A stretch of DNA of 64,000 nt from Camelus dromedarius. Taxonomy: Eukaryota. Shown piece after piece: positions 12,791-30,874 of the stretch (position 1 is the first letter of the stretch; the number at the start of each line of letters is the position of its first letter). The DNA lies in assembly GCF_036321535.1 (NCBI RefSeq), contig NC_087462.1, positions 7,192,001-7,256,000 on the forward strand, in the 5' to 3' direction. The translations under genes were made by a program, and so were the position numbers. Under the pieces are notes generated by a model. That model did no database searches. It worked only from the letters and a program-made list of their open reading frames with translations, and was not told where the DNA came from.

Positions 12791-15732
12791 CCATGCTGAG
12801 GTGCCTTGGGGCTCTGGGCTTCCCAACCCATCTCTACCCCCACCCGGAGATCCTGGTGCTTCCTCTCTCCAAACATCGCCCCCCTCCCTCCCTGTTGTTT
12901 GTCACTTCCCCTAGGAGGCCTGGCTCAGCAGCCCCAGTCTCAGTGGGGTGTGGGCCTGTTTCCTTAGCACATGCCCTGTCAATGGGGCACCCAGGATCTC
13001 TGCCATGCTCAGGCCCCCCAAGACCTCACCAGCAGCTGGGGGGGTGGACAGAAACAACTTTGTGGGAAACTCCCCTCATGCCCAGCTGAGTCAGCCTGAG
13101 GAGACAGACTCCTTCCTGCTTCCAAGAAAACCAGGCAGCTTCCTCTCCAGGAGAGGGGTGAGGGACCCCCTATACCACAGAGGTGGGGGAGGGAAGCAGC
13201 TGGCAAGCCAGGGGTTCCTGGGGGAGGGCCTCTAGGATTCTTAGCTTCTTCCTGCCAGCTGCCTGTCCACACCCAGGGGCAGGGATGAGGGAGCCTGGGT
13301 GCTCTAACTTGTGGGTTCTCGCCCTGGCCTGCCCACTGGCTGACTCACAGGCAGCCCCCAGCCCAGCTTCCTGGTGAGGGCCCTGCCGGCCAGTAGGGCC
13401 AGGGAGGAGGGGGTCACCAGGCTATTTATAAGAAGGAGAAGTCCCTCCTGCCAGGGCCAAAAGCCCCAGAGAGACCCGTGGGTGGGGGTGGGTGAACTTC
13501 CTCCTTATCCAGTCCCCCGGGCCCCAGGGCCCCTGGGCACGAGCAAAGCCTGGGCTCAGACTCCTCAGCCAGAGGCTGGTCTGGAGCCCAAGGCCTGGGC
13601 AGTACCCAGCTGCTAGTCTGGGCACCCAGGGCAGACGGAGGAGGGGGCTCTCCTCACACCCTCCTCACAGGCTGGCCTTGGCGCCAGTGGGGCGGCGTGA
13701 GGGGGTGGCGCCCAGGCCACAAGGGTGAGACTGGCAGGGGCCTGGAACCGGCTGTACCAGCTCAGCTGGGCCCCCGCCCTCCCTCACTTGTCCAATCCCC
13801 ACCCCCTGCTCAAACACCCATGCAGAGTGCATGGAGTGACAGGACCCCACTCTGGCATGCTGGCCTGCCCCCAAACACCAGCACCCCTCCGCCCTGTGCC
13901 CAACCCCATTTATCTCTGGATAAAGGAGACCCTCTGTGCAAAGGTCTGCAGAGCTTGGCATATGGCTGGTACTCCATAAATGCATCTCTGGTTGTGATTA
14001 TCCACCCAGAAGTGGCTGACGTTCTATCTCAAGTCCAGCAGTTACAGATGTTGGAACATCAGGCAAGTTCCTTACCTTCCTGGGACTAAGTTTTCTAGTT
14101 TGTTAAATGGGGAACACAAATGGCATGCATTTTGCTGGGTTGTTGGAAGCAGGCAGGGAGTTATTCTATGTAAACCACTTAGAAGAGTGCCTGACCTATG
14201 GTAAGAGCCATATAAGTGTTAGCTATTAAAATAATAATTATTGTTTCTCAATCTGTCTGCCTATCTTCAGTGTCTCTGAGTAGTGCCATGTGTCTGCATG
14301 ACTCTTACCCTGCATCTCTCCCAGCCCTGACCCCCACCCCCATACATCCCTGCTCGGTTGTTGCCCTCCAACTCTGCCCTCACTGGGCCTGCCTCACCTC
14401 TCTCCCTGGCATGGCCAGCCTCAGCACTGGTCAGGGCTGACTCACTGTGGCCTCCTGGCCTGTGGGACCTGCAGGTTGGCTTCCTGAGATGCTGCCCTCT
14501 GGCCAGATCTGCCCAGCCCCCCAACGCTGCCCGCTGCGCCCCCGCAGGGCCCAGCCAGATGTCAGCTGCAGTTATTAGCATGGGCGGGAGACACAGGCCT
14601 GGCAGAGTGCCTGCCAGACTCCGTGGCCACTGGAATCTCCCTTGAGCCTGGGGCGGGGGAGGGGAGTGAGCGTTCAAATAAGAGGAGGAGGGGAGGGGGG
14701 TACCCAGGGGTCACAAGGACCCTCCAAAGATGGGGACACCCCCAGCTCTTCATGGGACCTTCCTCCCCAAGGCCACTGCTCTGCTGGACTTCCCCCTGCC
14801 CCCACAGAGCTCAGTTTCTCTTTTGCCTCTTTCATTTTCCTTCCCTCCACACTTGGTGAGCTCTGTGTCTGCCCTATGAAGGCTAGCTAGCCCTTCTCTC
14901 TCAGCCTCTTTCTACCCTAAAGAAACTTCATGCTCTCCAAAGACAGAGGTCTCTCTCTCTCTCTCTCCCTCGGAGAAAGACAGAGAGGTTGAGATGTGGC
15001 GGGAGTGGAGAGGAAGAGACTGAGCTTCTCACCTCTGGTTCTAGTGGCTCATATCCTATCTGCTTGGAAGTCTCACCTTAGGTCTAACTAGAAGCCTCAT
15101 CATCGAAACCTTCACTCATTCCTGGGGAAGGGGCTCTGGAGGGGTTCTTTCAGATTCTCCCCTTGGATTTTCAGGTCCCTTCTGTCTGGAGAGGAGGAAT
15201 GCCCTCAGATGAGGGGGTGGATCCCCCCTTTAGGTATTCTGAATGGTGAGGAGACCCCACCCCCACACACACGAAAACAGGAGTAGGGCCTCTCACGCAC
15301 ATGAGTGAAAGAGGGGGCACCCCAGCCCCTAGAGACGAATGTGGGGAAGGACCCCAGACCTCCTGACAGAAAGCAAGGGCACCCTGCTCGAGGTACAAGG
15401 CAGCCGTGCCAGCCCACCAAGGCGCCGGGGTCGCCTCGAGGCATTGGCCCGCCCCTTCCACGCCCTGTCGGGTCGGGCCGGGGGCGAAGTCCGACCCAGG
15501 CCCGCGGGCAGGCGGGGACCTGCCAGGCTGGGTCGGGCCGGGCAGGGCCTGGCAGGACGTAGCTCCAGAGCGGCTGGGTGGGGCCGGGCCAGGCGGCCGT
15601 GGGGGCCCCGGGGGCGGCGACCGGGGCTGGTCGGGACTAGCCGTTCGGGGGCCCTGGCGCGCCCTGGGACCTGGCAGATACCCGGGCTCCCGGCTGCAGG
15701 CCGGGGGCCCCAGGACAGGGCTGACCACACCC

Positions 15733-15752
15733 CTTCCTGTGCCCTAATATGG
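15733..15752 (+). promoter_or_regulatory. Serum response element (ETS + CArG) upstream of JUNB
   Basis: CTTCCTGT followed by CCTAATATGG (15743-15752), inside a CpG island about 1.5 kb upstream of the JUNB TATA box. Confidence 0.75.
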
Positions 15753-17129
15753 GCGTCGAGGAGAGACTCCGGGGGCCGCCCCGCCCCCAGTCCTGCCCGC
15801 GGACTCCAGCCTGTTGCCAAGGCGACCAGGCCCCGCTCCCCGTGAGTCCCCCTCTGTCGGGCCAATGGAATCGTCCCCGGACCGCCAGCCTCCACAATCG
15901 CCTGCCGGCGCCGAGGGCTGAACCATTGTTGGGTGGGGGTCGGTGACTGGAGGCCTCAGCAGCTGGGCGTGTTCGGCGCACCCTCGTCTCCTGGGGGTCT
16001 CAAGCCTAGGTTCCTCTTCCGAGGCTCTGAACGCAGCTGGACCCAGGGTGGGGCGCATGGTCCCGTAGGATTCGAGTGACGGAGGCAGGGCCGGGCTCCT
16101 TCCCCCGGGGCTGTTGCCACACTTCCTGCCGCAGCGCTCTTTCCCCAGCCTGTTTCTAAGGAAGGAGTGGGGTTGGGCGACCGCGCCCCGGCCGTCGGGC
16201 TGGGTCTAGGCACCAGGAGCCGACACGGTATCAGTCAAGCCCTGGGTCACTGGGGGAGGGCTTTGAGGTGGGAACAGAGTATACAGGCACCTAGAGTTCA
16301 CCCACGAGAAGGGGTGCCGATCATGGAAGATCCAGCAGTCCTTGTCCCCAGGATCCACAAAGACCCCTCCTTCTTTTATGTCTCAACCGGGCACCCTCTG
16401 TCAGTGTCATCTCAGCTCTGAAGGAGTGCCCTGACCTTTCTAATTATCCTTCATCGGGGCTTCAAAGGTGAGCCCAGTGACCCCCCAACCTCTGACAGTG
16501 TCCCAATCTTCTACTCCACGTATTTTCCTTGACTCAGTATACCCCAGGACCCTCACCCACTCTCTGCATATCTAGATTCCCCTAATTCTTTCCCATTCCC
16601 ACTTGTGGGGGACTCAGTCTCTCCCAGGGACTCCAGGACCCCTACTCATTTTTTTGCATAGTGGGGTTCTCCAGCCACTCCCGTGTACCCCTTTGGTCTC
16701 TCCTCCTCACTTTTCCTGGGGTCAGTTCCTCCCGTGAAAATTCCAGTCCTTTAACCCTTCTGGACTCAGGACAACTACTCAATTCCTGAGTCAGGCGTCT
16801 CCCTACCCTTCCTGGGGCTACCCTGCTTAGCTCTCCTGTCTCTCCTTTGCGGGATCTCTCAGTGCATTCTCAGCCCTCCAGCCCCTCTGGGATACTCCGG
16901 ATCCCTCAGGCCTTCAGCGCGCCCTCCAGGACCACCCCCTCAACACACACACACTTGCTCTGTACCAGTTCCTCCTAACCCTCATTGCGTATTCCAGGGA
17001 AATTATCGGCCTCCCTGGAGCCTCTCCCCGTGTGTCTCAGACCTCTCCAGCACCCCCTTCGTTGTGCACCCCAGGGTCCCCTGAGCCCCTCCCCCTGCAG
17101 CCTTGCCGAGCCACCCAGCCCGTGGCCGC

Positions 17130-17300
17130 TGTTTACAAGGACACGCGCTTCCTGACAGTGACGCGAGCCGCCTCCTCCCCTTCCCCACGCTCCAGGAGGG
17201 GGGCGCGGGGGCCTGGCTCCGGCGACGGCCAATCGGAGTGCACTTCCGCAGCTGACAATCGCCGTATAAAGGCTTGTGGCTCCGGCTGAGCGGCTGGGAC
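17130..17300 (+). promoter_or_regulatory. JUNB core promoter
   Basis: ETS/CRE-like IL-6 response element GCGCTTCCTGACAGTGACGCGAGCCG at 17145-17170, CCAAT at 17229-17233, ETS CACTTCCG, and TATAAA at 17265-17270. Confidence 0.85.
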
Positions 17301-17580
17301 CTTGAGCGCGGCCAGGCCACCATCGGAGCCAGCTGGGAGCAGGGAGCAAGGGGGAAGCGACACCAAGAAAGCGAGCGCACTAGAGAGGGGTAGGGGGGCT
17401 CGAGAAGCCGCACAGAGCTTCCGCGCACTGCCGCCGCTGGCCTCTCCCAGCCTGTGCCAGCCCCCAGGAACCCGCGTCCAGCCACCCAGTCCAGCTACCG
17501 CCGCGGACAGCGCGCCGCTCGCTGCAGCGAGGCCCGGGGCGGCCCCGCAGGGACCCCCTCAGACCGCCCGGGCCGGCCGG

Positions 17581-18624
17581 ATGTGCACTAAAATGGAACA
17601 GCCCTTCTACCACGACGACTCATACGCAGCGGCGGGATACGGCCGGACTCCTGGCGGCCTCTCTCTACACGACTACAAACTCCTGAAACCCAGCCTGGCG
17701 CTCAACCTGGCCGACCCCTACCGAAATCTCAAAGCACCCGGGGCGCGGGGTCCCGGCCCAGAGGGCAGCGGTGGCGGCAGCTACTTTTCCGGCCAGGGCT
17801 CAGACACAGGCGCGTCGCTCAAGCTCGCCTCATCGGAGCTGGAGCGCCTGATCGTCCCCAACAGCAACGGCGTGATCACGACAACGCCCACGCCTCCGGG
17901 ACAGTACTTTTACCCCCGCGGGGGTGGCAGCGGTGGAGGTGCGGGGGGCGCAGGGGGCGGCGTCACCGAGGAGCAGGAAGGCTTCGCCGACGGCTTTGTA
18001 AAAGCCCTGGACGACCTGCACAAGATGAACCACGTGACACCCCCCAACGTGTCCCTGGGCGCCAGCGGGGGTCCCCCGGCCGGGCCCGCGGGTGTCTACG
18101 CCGGCCCGGAGCCGCCTCCCGTCTACACCAACCTCAGCAGCTATTCTCCAGCCTCTGCGCCCTCCGGAGGCGCCGGGACCGCCGTCGGCACTGGGAGCTC
18201 ATACCCGACGGCCACCATCAGCTACCTCCCACACGCGCCGCCCTTCGCCGGTGGCCACCCTGCGCAGCTGGGCCTGGGTCGCGGCGCCTCCACCTTCAAG
18301 GAGGAACCGCAGACCGTGCCTGAGGCGCGCAGTCGCGACGCCACGCCGCCAGTGTCCCCCATCAACATGGAAGACCAGGAGCGCATCAAAGTAGAGCGCA
18401 AGCGGCTGCGGAACCGGCTGGCGGCCACTAAGTGCCGGAAGCGGAAGCTGGAGCGTATCGCGCGCCTGGAGGACAAGGTGAAGACACTCAAGGCCGAGAA
18501 CGCGGGGCTGTCCAGCACTGCCGGCCTCCTCCGGGAGCAGGTGGCCCAGCTCAAACAGAAGGTCATGACCCACGTCAGCAACGGCTGCCAGCTGCTGCTT
18601 GGGGTCAAGGGACACGCCTTCTGA
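17581..18624 (+). CDS. JUNB: Transcription factor JunB (AP-1 bZIP), single exon, 347 aa
   Basis: [15 protein letters not shown] start, DATPPVSP phosphodegron region, basic region [20 protein letters not shown], leucine zipper, ending VKGHAF-stop. Intronless. Confidence 0.99.
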   Translation: MCTKMEQPFYHDDSYAAAGYGRTPGGLSLHDYKLLKPSLALNLADPYRNLKAPGARGPGPEGSGGGSYFSGQGSDTGASLKLASSELERLIVPNSNGVITTTPTPPGQYFYPRGGGSGGGAGGAGGGVTEEQEGFADGFVKALDDLHKMNHVTPPNVSLGASGGPPAGPAGVYAGPEPPPVYTNLSSYSPASAPSGGAGTAVGTGSSYPTATISYLPHAPPFAGGHPAQLGLGRGASTFKEEPQTVPEARSRDATPPVSPINMEDQERIKVERKRLRNRLAATKCRKRKLERIARLEDKVKTLKAENAGLSSTAGLLREQVAQLKQKVMTHVSNGCQLLLGVKGHAF

Positions 18625-19105
18625 GCGCCCCCCCATACCCCCTCCTTACGGACATTTCCCCAGCCTGGACGGCTGGGCGCCCGCCTCCCATGGGGCAAGG
18701 GGGCAGGCGGTGGGCACCGGCCTTGGGACCTGGGGGCGCCGCAAACCACACTGGACTCCTGCTCGCCCGCTCTGCGCCCAGTCCTTCCACCTCGACGTTT
18801 ACAAGCCCCCCTTCCACGTTTTTTGTATGTTTTTTTTTCTTGCTGGAAAGACTCAATTCATATTGGATATAATATATTTGTGTATTTAACAGGGAGGGGA
18901 GGAGGGGGCGATGGCGGCGGAGCTGGCCCCGCCGCCTGGTACTCAAGCCCGCGGGGATACTGGGGAGGGGACCTCCGCCCCCTGCCCTCCCCCTCTGCAA
19001 CGTACTGTGGAAAAGAAACACGCACTTGTTATCTAAAGAGTTTATTTTGATGTGTTTGTGTGTGTGTGTGCGTTTGTTGTTCGGACTTTTTATTGAATCT
19101 ATTTA

Positions 19106-19111
19106 AGTAAA
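19106..19111 (+). terminator. Probable JUNB polyadenylation signal (variant AGTAAA)
   Basis: I saw no AATAAA in the 3' UTR. AGTAAA is followed by an A-run and a U/GU-rich downstream element at 19131-19153. Confidence 0.5.
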
Positions 19112-19409
19112 GAAAAAAAAGGTTCTTTATTAATTTCTGTTGTCTTTTTTTCCAACCCGGGCGGGCGGAGGGAAGAGTACTGGGCGGCCCCCATCCCACT
19201 GCTGTTTGTGCCTCGTTCTAGTACGTGTCATCCTCGCCAGCTCTGTTCAGGCATCTTGCGGCCCCACTTCAGGTGTCCAACCCTTCTTGCGTCCCCTCAT
19301 TTTCCAGGTTGGGAGGTCCAGCGCGGTTACGCGGTCCAGCCAGCCAGCACCAGAGGCCGGGATGCCTGGGGCGAAACGCGCAGTGCGCGGGCGCGGCCCC
19401 GCCCAGCCG

Positions 19410-19610
19410 CGCGCGCCGGGGCTTTCCCCGCTGACGCAGCGGAAGCGCTGTCCAAACATGGGCCGATTCTGCCCAGTGACGCGACGGCGGTCTCCGGGCA
19501 GATTCCGGGAATCCCCTCCCCCGCTCTGCCGGGCAGGGCCGCGGCGCCGGGAAGGGGGCCGGGATTTTCCCAGGCAGAAGGCTGCCGAGGCCCGGAAAGC
19601 CCCAGGCCTG
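19410..19610. promoter_or_regulatory. JUNB downstream enhancer (NF-kB/STAT/CRE/CArG-like)
   Basis: NF-kB sites at 19418-19427, 19507-19516, 19561-19570 and 19594-19603. STAT TTCCGGGAA at 19503-19511, CRE-like TGACGC at 19432 and 19477, and CArG-like CCAAACATGG at 19452-19461. Confidence 0.75.
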
Positions 19611-20084
19611 GGTCCAGAGAGTCCGCGGTGGGCGGGCCGCGCTCCTGAGCTCTGGGAGCCACCCCAGATTCTCCCCACATCGGGCTGGCGCCTGGGCCCT
19701 GTCGCGCCCACGCCTGCTCCGTCTGACCTGACCCGGGCGGGGGGTTGCAGTTGCCTGCGCGTCGTGACTGCCGCGGTCCCCCCACCCCCGCCAGGAAGGG
19801 CGGTGCCCGTCTGCCAGTTTCCCCTCCCGGGTGCCAGGCCTGGAGCGGGGCGACTGCCAGGTCTGGTCCTGCCGGGGCGGCTGCTTGGGCCGCCGGGCGC
19901 CGCCGCCGCCGCCGCCGCCGCCCTCGCATGGGGCTGCTTCCCCCGTAGCTGGGACGGGTGGAGGGAGGCTGGTGAGCCCCGAGGGGGTCTGGTTGGCTTT
20001 GGAGCTGGAGGCCCCCAGAGCAGCAGAGGGAAACACAGGCCAAGAAACCAGGCCACAGGGGCGAGGTGGGTTAAAACAGACGCT

Positions 20085-20520
20085 TTATTAATTCATTTAT
20101 AAAATACTGAACAACCTGGCCTTGGTGTCAATCTTGGACCAGGGCAGACAGACAATAAACAAGCAAACATGATTCGGAGATGGTGGTAAGTGCTAGGAAG
20201 AGAAAAAACTGGTCAAAGTAGTAGTGATGGGGCAGGAGAGGTGAGCTGCTTTGAGCTGAGAATGGATGGGGAATATGAACCTTTAATGAAGTGATTTTTC
20301 AGATTTGAAGTCAAGCCCCGAGAATCCTGAGTAACAGCTCTCTGGGCAGAGGGAACGGCACATGCAAAGTTCCTGTGGCCTGAACAAATCAGCCTGTTAA
20401 AGAACAGCAAGAAGCCAGTGTGCTGCAATGGAGTGAACCAGGAAGGGAGAGATGAGGTCAGGGAAGATCACGCAGGGCCTTGGGGAGTGTAGATAAAACT
20501 CCAAGGCTGAGAAGAGTGAC
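20085..20520. mobile_element. L2 fragment between JUNB and PRDX2
   Basis: GACAGACAATAAAC...GGAACGGCACATGCAAAGTTCCTGTGG...GGAGAGATGAGGTCAGG. Confidence 0.6.
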
Positions 20521-21311
20521 CTTGGAGCATATTAGGGTGGGTAGCAATATTAATAATGGGCCTATGGATTAAATACACATATCAATCTTGTTCTGTGGAA
20601 GGAAATGGGGGCTTAGAGTGGTAAAGCCACTCCCCTGAACATGCACAGCATCAAACTGCACTCCTTCTAACACTGTCTTGCTCCTAACACCTGCCTTCCA
20701 GCTTCACTCTCATCCTTCCACTCCCGGGGCAGATGGAAAGCCCTTCCAATCTGGGGTGGGGCAGAACTTGCAGGAGGGACTATGTGTGTACATCAAGTTC
20801 CCACTCTTGGTTCTGCTCTCAGGATTGAGTCCCCACCTTCTTTCAGCCCCAGGGACCTGGTCCTAATAACCATTAACAGGGCCCTGAGCTTCACATACTT
20901 TTAGATCCCTTTTAACGTGTATAGTGATGTGGGTTGGTTGTCTTTATTCCCAATTTGCTGTTGAAGAGACCCAGGGAAGATCACAGCTCTTAAGAGGCAT
21001 TTGAACCCAAGCTGGTTGTTGACAAGGTGCGAGTGCTGCCCTGAGTAGCCAGGTTTCAGGTTGTAAGGCAGCCTGGGACTTGCTCCCTGCAAGGGGCAAA
21101 CAGCGCCACCTTCCTCACTCCCCAACCGCCTTCAGGCCAAGGAAAAAGAGGAAGAGTAAGCGCTGAGCGTGAGGTGCGACTGCCACCTTGTGGTGGAGAT
21201 CAGTAACTACAGTCAGTTTCCCAGACCAGAGCCTGGAGAAAGGGGGCGGGGAGTGGTGTGGTACCACACCAGGACAAACCACACGAACACAGACTTAACT
21301 GTCCCGAACAC

Positions 21312-21317
21312 TTTATT
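21312..21317 (-). terminator. PRDX2 polyadenylation signal AATAAA
   Basis: TTTATT on the + strand, about 205 nt past the PRDX2 stop. Confidence 0.85.
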
Positions 21318-21522
21318 GGTCACGTCTAGGCCTGTGCCCTGGGAGGGGGTCACCATTCACCAGCTCCCAGCTGGGAGCTTGAGAAGGCCTTGGCCTAGCC
21401 CTTTAGGGCCATGGACTGTAGAGTCTGAAGGGGCAGGTCTGGCCTTTCCTGGGTCAGCTCAAGGCACCCAGACAGGGGCACAGATGGGGGCCAAGACCCA
21501 AGCTTGCCACCTGTCTGCCAGC

Positions 21523-23565
21523 CTAGTTGTGTTTGGAGAAATATTCCTTGCTGTCGTCCACATTGGGCTTGATTGTGTCACTGCCTGGCTTCCAGCCAGC
21601 AGGACAGACTGGAAAGACAGAGATGCACATGTGAGGTTAAAGGGCCATATTCAAGGTAGGGCCATAGTGAGGGGACAGATAGGCAAAGCAAGAGCATGAG
21701 TTGCAGAAGAAAAAGCCTGGAGCCGAGTGTTCCAGGCCCAAGACCATGCTGCATGGAGAAGCCCTCCAAACCCAGCTGCAGGATTTTCTGGCTGACATTT
21801 TAACTTCCTTTTTGGCTCCTTTCATCCCATCTTTCTCTCTCAGCCCCAGCCCCACTGGACTTCGAGGGCCTGGCTGTGATCAGGTTGTGTCCTTCACATG
21901 AGAAGATACTCTGATCCAACTAACATTAAAGCCTGCCTGGGACACTCATTCTCAAATACCTTCTATAGATTTCTATTACCTCCCAGCTCCCCAGTCTCAT
22001 ATTGGGGTATTTCCCCCACCAGACTAGAAACTTCCTGGCTTCCGGCCTTGAGCTGAATCTTCTTTGGGGCCCTCACATCCATCCCACACGGGTGATAAGC
22101 AGGCAATGAATGTACGCACGCATGACAGAGGGGCTGCATAGGTACCCACATGTGAACATGTCAGTGTGTGTGTCTGCTCACCTTCCCCGTGCTCATCTGT
22201 GTACTGGAAGGCCTGGACCAGCCGCAGAGCCTCGTCCACGGAGCGTCCCACGGGCAAATCATTGATAGTGATCTGGCGAAGGATACCCTTGCCATCGATG
22301 ATAAAGAGGCCCCTAAGATATCAGGGTTCATAGTGAGGAGCTGGGGCTCCCACTATTAGGGCTAGGGGAGGGAGTATCGACTTCCTGCTAGCCACAGGGT
22401 TAGGGGCAAGGAGGGCATCACCCAAGAGTGGTCCCCTCACCCTGACACCCTGAGGACAGGGGCTTCCTGAGGCTGCCACAGTACCTGTAGGCGATGCCCT
22501 CGTCTTCCTTTAGCACACCATAATCACGGGACAAGCTTCTGGTTACATCAGCCAGCAGGGGGATGTTCAGGGGGCCCAAGCCTCCCTCCTTCCGAGGGGT
22601 GTTGATCCTAGGGGTGGGGAAGACAGGGCTGGGACCTCAGGATGCCTGGCACAGCAAGGTCCTCACCATGCGGGCCTGGGTGTGATAAGGGCTGGAGAGG
22701 GAGTGCTGGAGGTGAGCGATAAGGGGCTTTGGAGTAAGGCCTGGGGAGCCCCACCCATCCCACCCTGAAGTGGGTGCAGGGGCTGTTTCCTCCAGCTGGG
22801 AAGACTAAGCTAATACTCTAGCAAATGGCTTCACATGTGCTTGTGGCTGCCTGCATCTTGGGGCAGAGAACCTGCCTTTGTCTCTATCCTTCTATCTTTA
22901 TCTCTGTGTTCTGGCACCCATCCCTTCACTCTCTTGAACTGGAGTTTTCACCTTATTGAAATAGTTCTTGGGAGGGAGACTGGTGTTGCCCTAAGTGAGA
23001 TAAAACATCTGCAACTCTCTAGGCCTCCCGACTAGTTTCCAAATGCTAATTGTCATCATCGTTAAAGACTTTGGACATCACTATTTCCATTATTTTCAAG
23101 ATGCGAAAGGGAGGCGCAGAGATTGAACACTGGCCACGAGAACACACAGCTCCGACCCTATGGACGGGCAGGTTTAGCTGCACCCTCCCTCCTTGCTGGT
23201 CCCCACTCATACCAAGCCAGGTGGGTGAACTGAGAGTCGACGGAGACCCCCAGCACCTCGCAGCCCAGCTTGTGGAACTCCTCAGCATGCTCACTGAAAG
23301 CGATGATCTCCGTGGGGCACACAAAGGTGAAGTCCAGCGGGTAGAAAAAGAGAACCAAGTATTTCCCTGGGGAACGGGGTGCGAATAGACAAGGAGTGAG
23401 GGCTCAGTGCCTCTAATGCCTGTGCTCCGCCCCCACCAGGCTCCCCTCCAGGCCGCCCTCACCTCTGTAGTCTGAAAGCTTCACCTCCTTGAAGGCGCCA
23501 TCTACCACGGCGGTGGCCTGGAACTCGGGGGCGTGCTTTCCGATGTGCGCGTTGCCTGAAGCCAT
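21523..23565 (-). CDS. PRDX2: Peroxiredoxin-2, 198 aa
   Basis: Coding exons 23463-23565, 23213-23366, 22485-22607, 22182-22312, 21523-21608 total 597 nt. Peroxidatic [13 protein letters not shown], resolving GEVCPAGW and C-terminal YF motifs are present. The non-coding exon 1 ends at a donor at 24043. Confidence 0.99.
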
Positions 23566-23958
23566 GACTGAAAGCTGAGACCCACCCCCTCCCGGTCAGT
23601 ACGCCCGGGAGGACCCTTTGTCCTCGCTCCCCAAGGTCACGAGGCGGCTGGGCCCAGTTACTGAGTCAGAGCGGCGGAGGCAACAGCAGCACTGCCCTGC
23701 ACCCTCTCCAGGACCAGGTCCACACGGCCTTGAGACTTTGGGAGACCCACCCCCCTGGACAGCGAGAGCGGCGGGACAGCTGCCGCCCGGCCCCTCGTTT
23801 GCGCGTCGGCCTGAGCGCGGCCGCGCAAGCCCACCGGCCCAGCAGGAGACGCCGCGAGCAGGGGGCGGGGAGCCTGGGGATGCGGCCTGTACTCCAAGGC
23901 TCTGGCCTCGGTTTTCCCCGCAAGCACAAAGGCAGTCGCTAGGGTGGGCGGAAAATAA

Positions 23959-25819
<1,861 letters not shown>

Positions 25820-26739
25820 GCCCGGGTGAGAATCGGGCGCAGAGGAGGTGGGGCCGGGAAGGGCTGGCGAGTCAGGGGCCGCGGGTTCCCAGGGTGGGCA
25901 GGGAGAGGGGAAAGGGCTGTTGGGGGCGGGTAAGAGCGGGCACCGGAAAGGAAAACGAAGTCTGGGGCTTGATCGCGGTGTGGGATGGGAGAGCTGAGTC
26001 AGGAGATGTGAGCCCCCCTGATATCCGAGGAGAAAGGAAGAAAGGTTGTGGGGCCGGAGAGGGGAAAACGGAGCTGGAGGAACTGGGACCCTGGTGAGGA
26101 ACAGAAATCCACAGGCCGAGGGCGTGAGCCCCGCTGAAAGCAGGGAATCGAAAGAGACGTGCCGCGCGGTGGACAAATCTAGGAGGCGTGCTTCTCGCTA
26201 AGATGGGGGAGAGGGAGAAGGGTGGTATGGGGGTGCACCCCGAGTTGGGGGGAAGGAGCCTGCGTGGTGGGTGGAGACTCTGAGCCGAGTCTTTAGAAGT
26301 CTGCGGTCTTGGTTCGGGGAGTCTTAGCCCGAATGAGAGAGAGGGTAGTACCAGGCAAGGGGAGGGGGGCGCTCCGGATGAGCGACAGAGAGGGGGAGTT
26401 GGGGAACTCCAAGAATGAAGGTTTGAGCTCCATGGGAGCGCGGATTCCTAGTCCACGGGTCTTAGACTGTGTGGAGTGGCAGGGACCGCGAGTACAAAGT
26501 GCCTGAAACCAGATGGGGGACAGGAATTCAGCGATACAGACACCGTATTCTGGGAGTATAGTGGTATTTGAACTTCTAGGCCCTGACCGAATCGGGTCCT
26601 CCAAGGCCCGCCTCAATTTCCCTTTTATTTCCCTCCCATCCCACTAGCCCCGGCGGGCGAAGCTCCAGAGACACCGGGGCGAAGCTTGGAAAGCGACCCC
26701 ACCCACTCCGTTCCCCAAACCGAGAGCTCGGCTGTCTGT

Positions 26740-30823
<4,084 letters not shown>

Positions 30824-30868
30824 GTTGCCAGTCTGTACCCCATTTACCCCCCCCCCCCCCACCGTTTG

Positions 30869-30874
30869 ATTAAA
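30869..30874 (+). terminator. RNASEH2A polyadenylation signal ATTAAA
   Basis: About 45 nt after the stop codon, preceded by a C-tract. Confidence 0.75.

Noticed and set aside
14208-14217. CArG-like CCATATAAGT
   Set aside because: It mismatches the consensus and lies within a MIR fragment.
15171-15981. Cluster of 110-190 aa ORFs upstream of JUNB
   Set aside because: CpG-island artefacts with no coding signature.
17500-17515. RE1 right half-site GGACAGCGC in the JUNB 5' UTR
   Set aside because: The left half is absent, the context is GC-rich, and JUNB is broadly expressed.
19140-20102. Several overlapping long ORFs (238-320 aa) on both strands downstream of JUNB
   Set aside because: The region is an extremely GC-rich enhancer with low stop frequency. 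The translations are Pro/Arg/Gly/Ala-rich, several start at non-ATG codons, and I recognise no domain.
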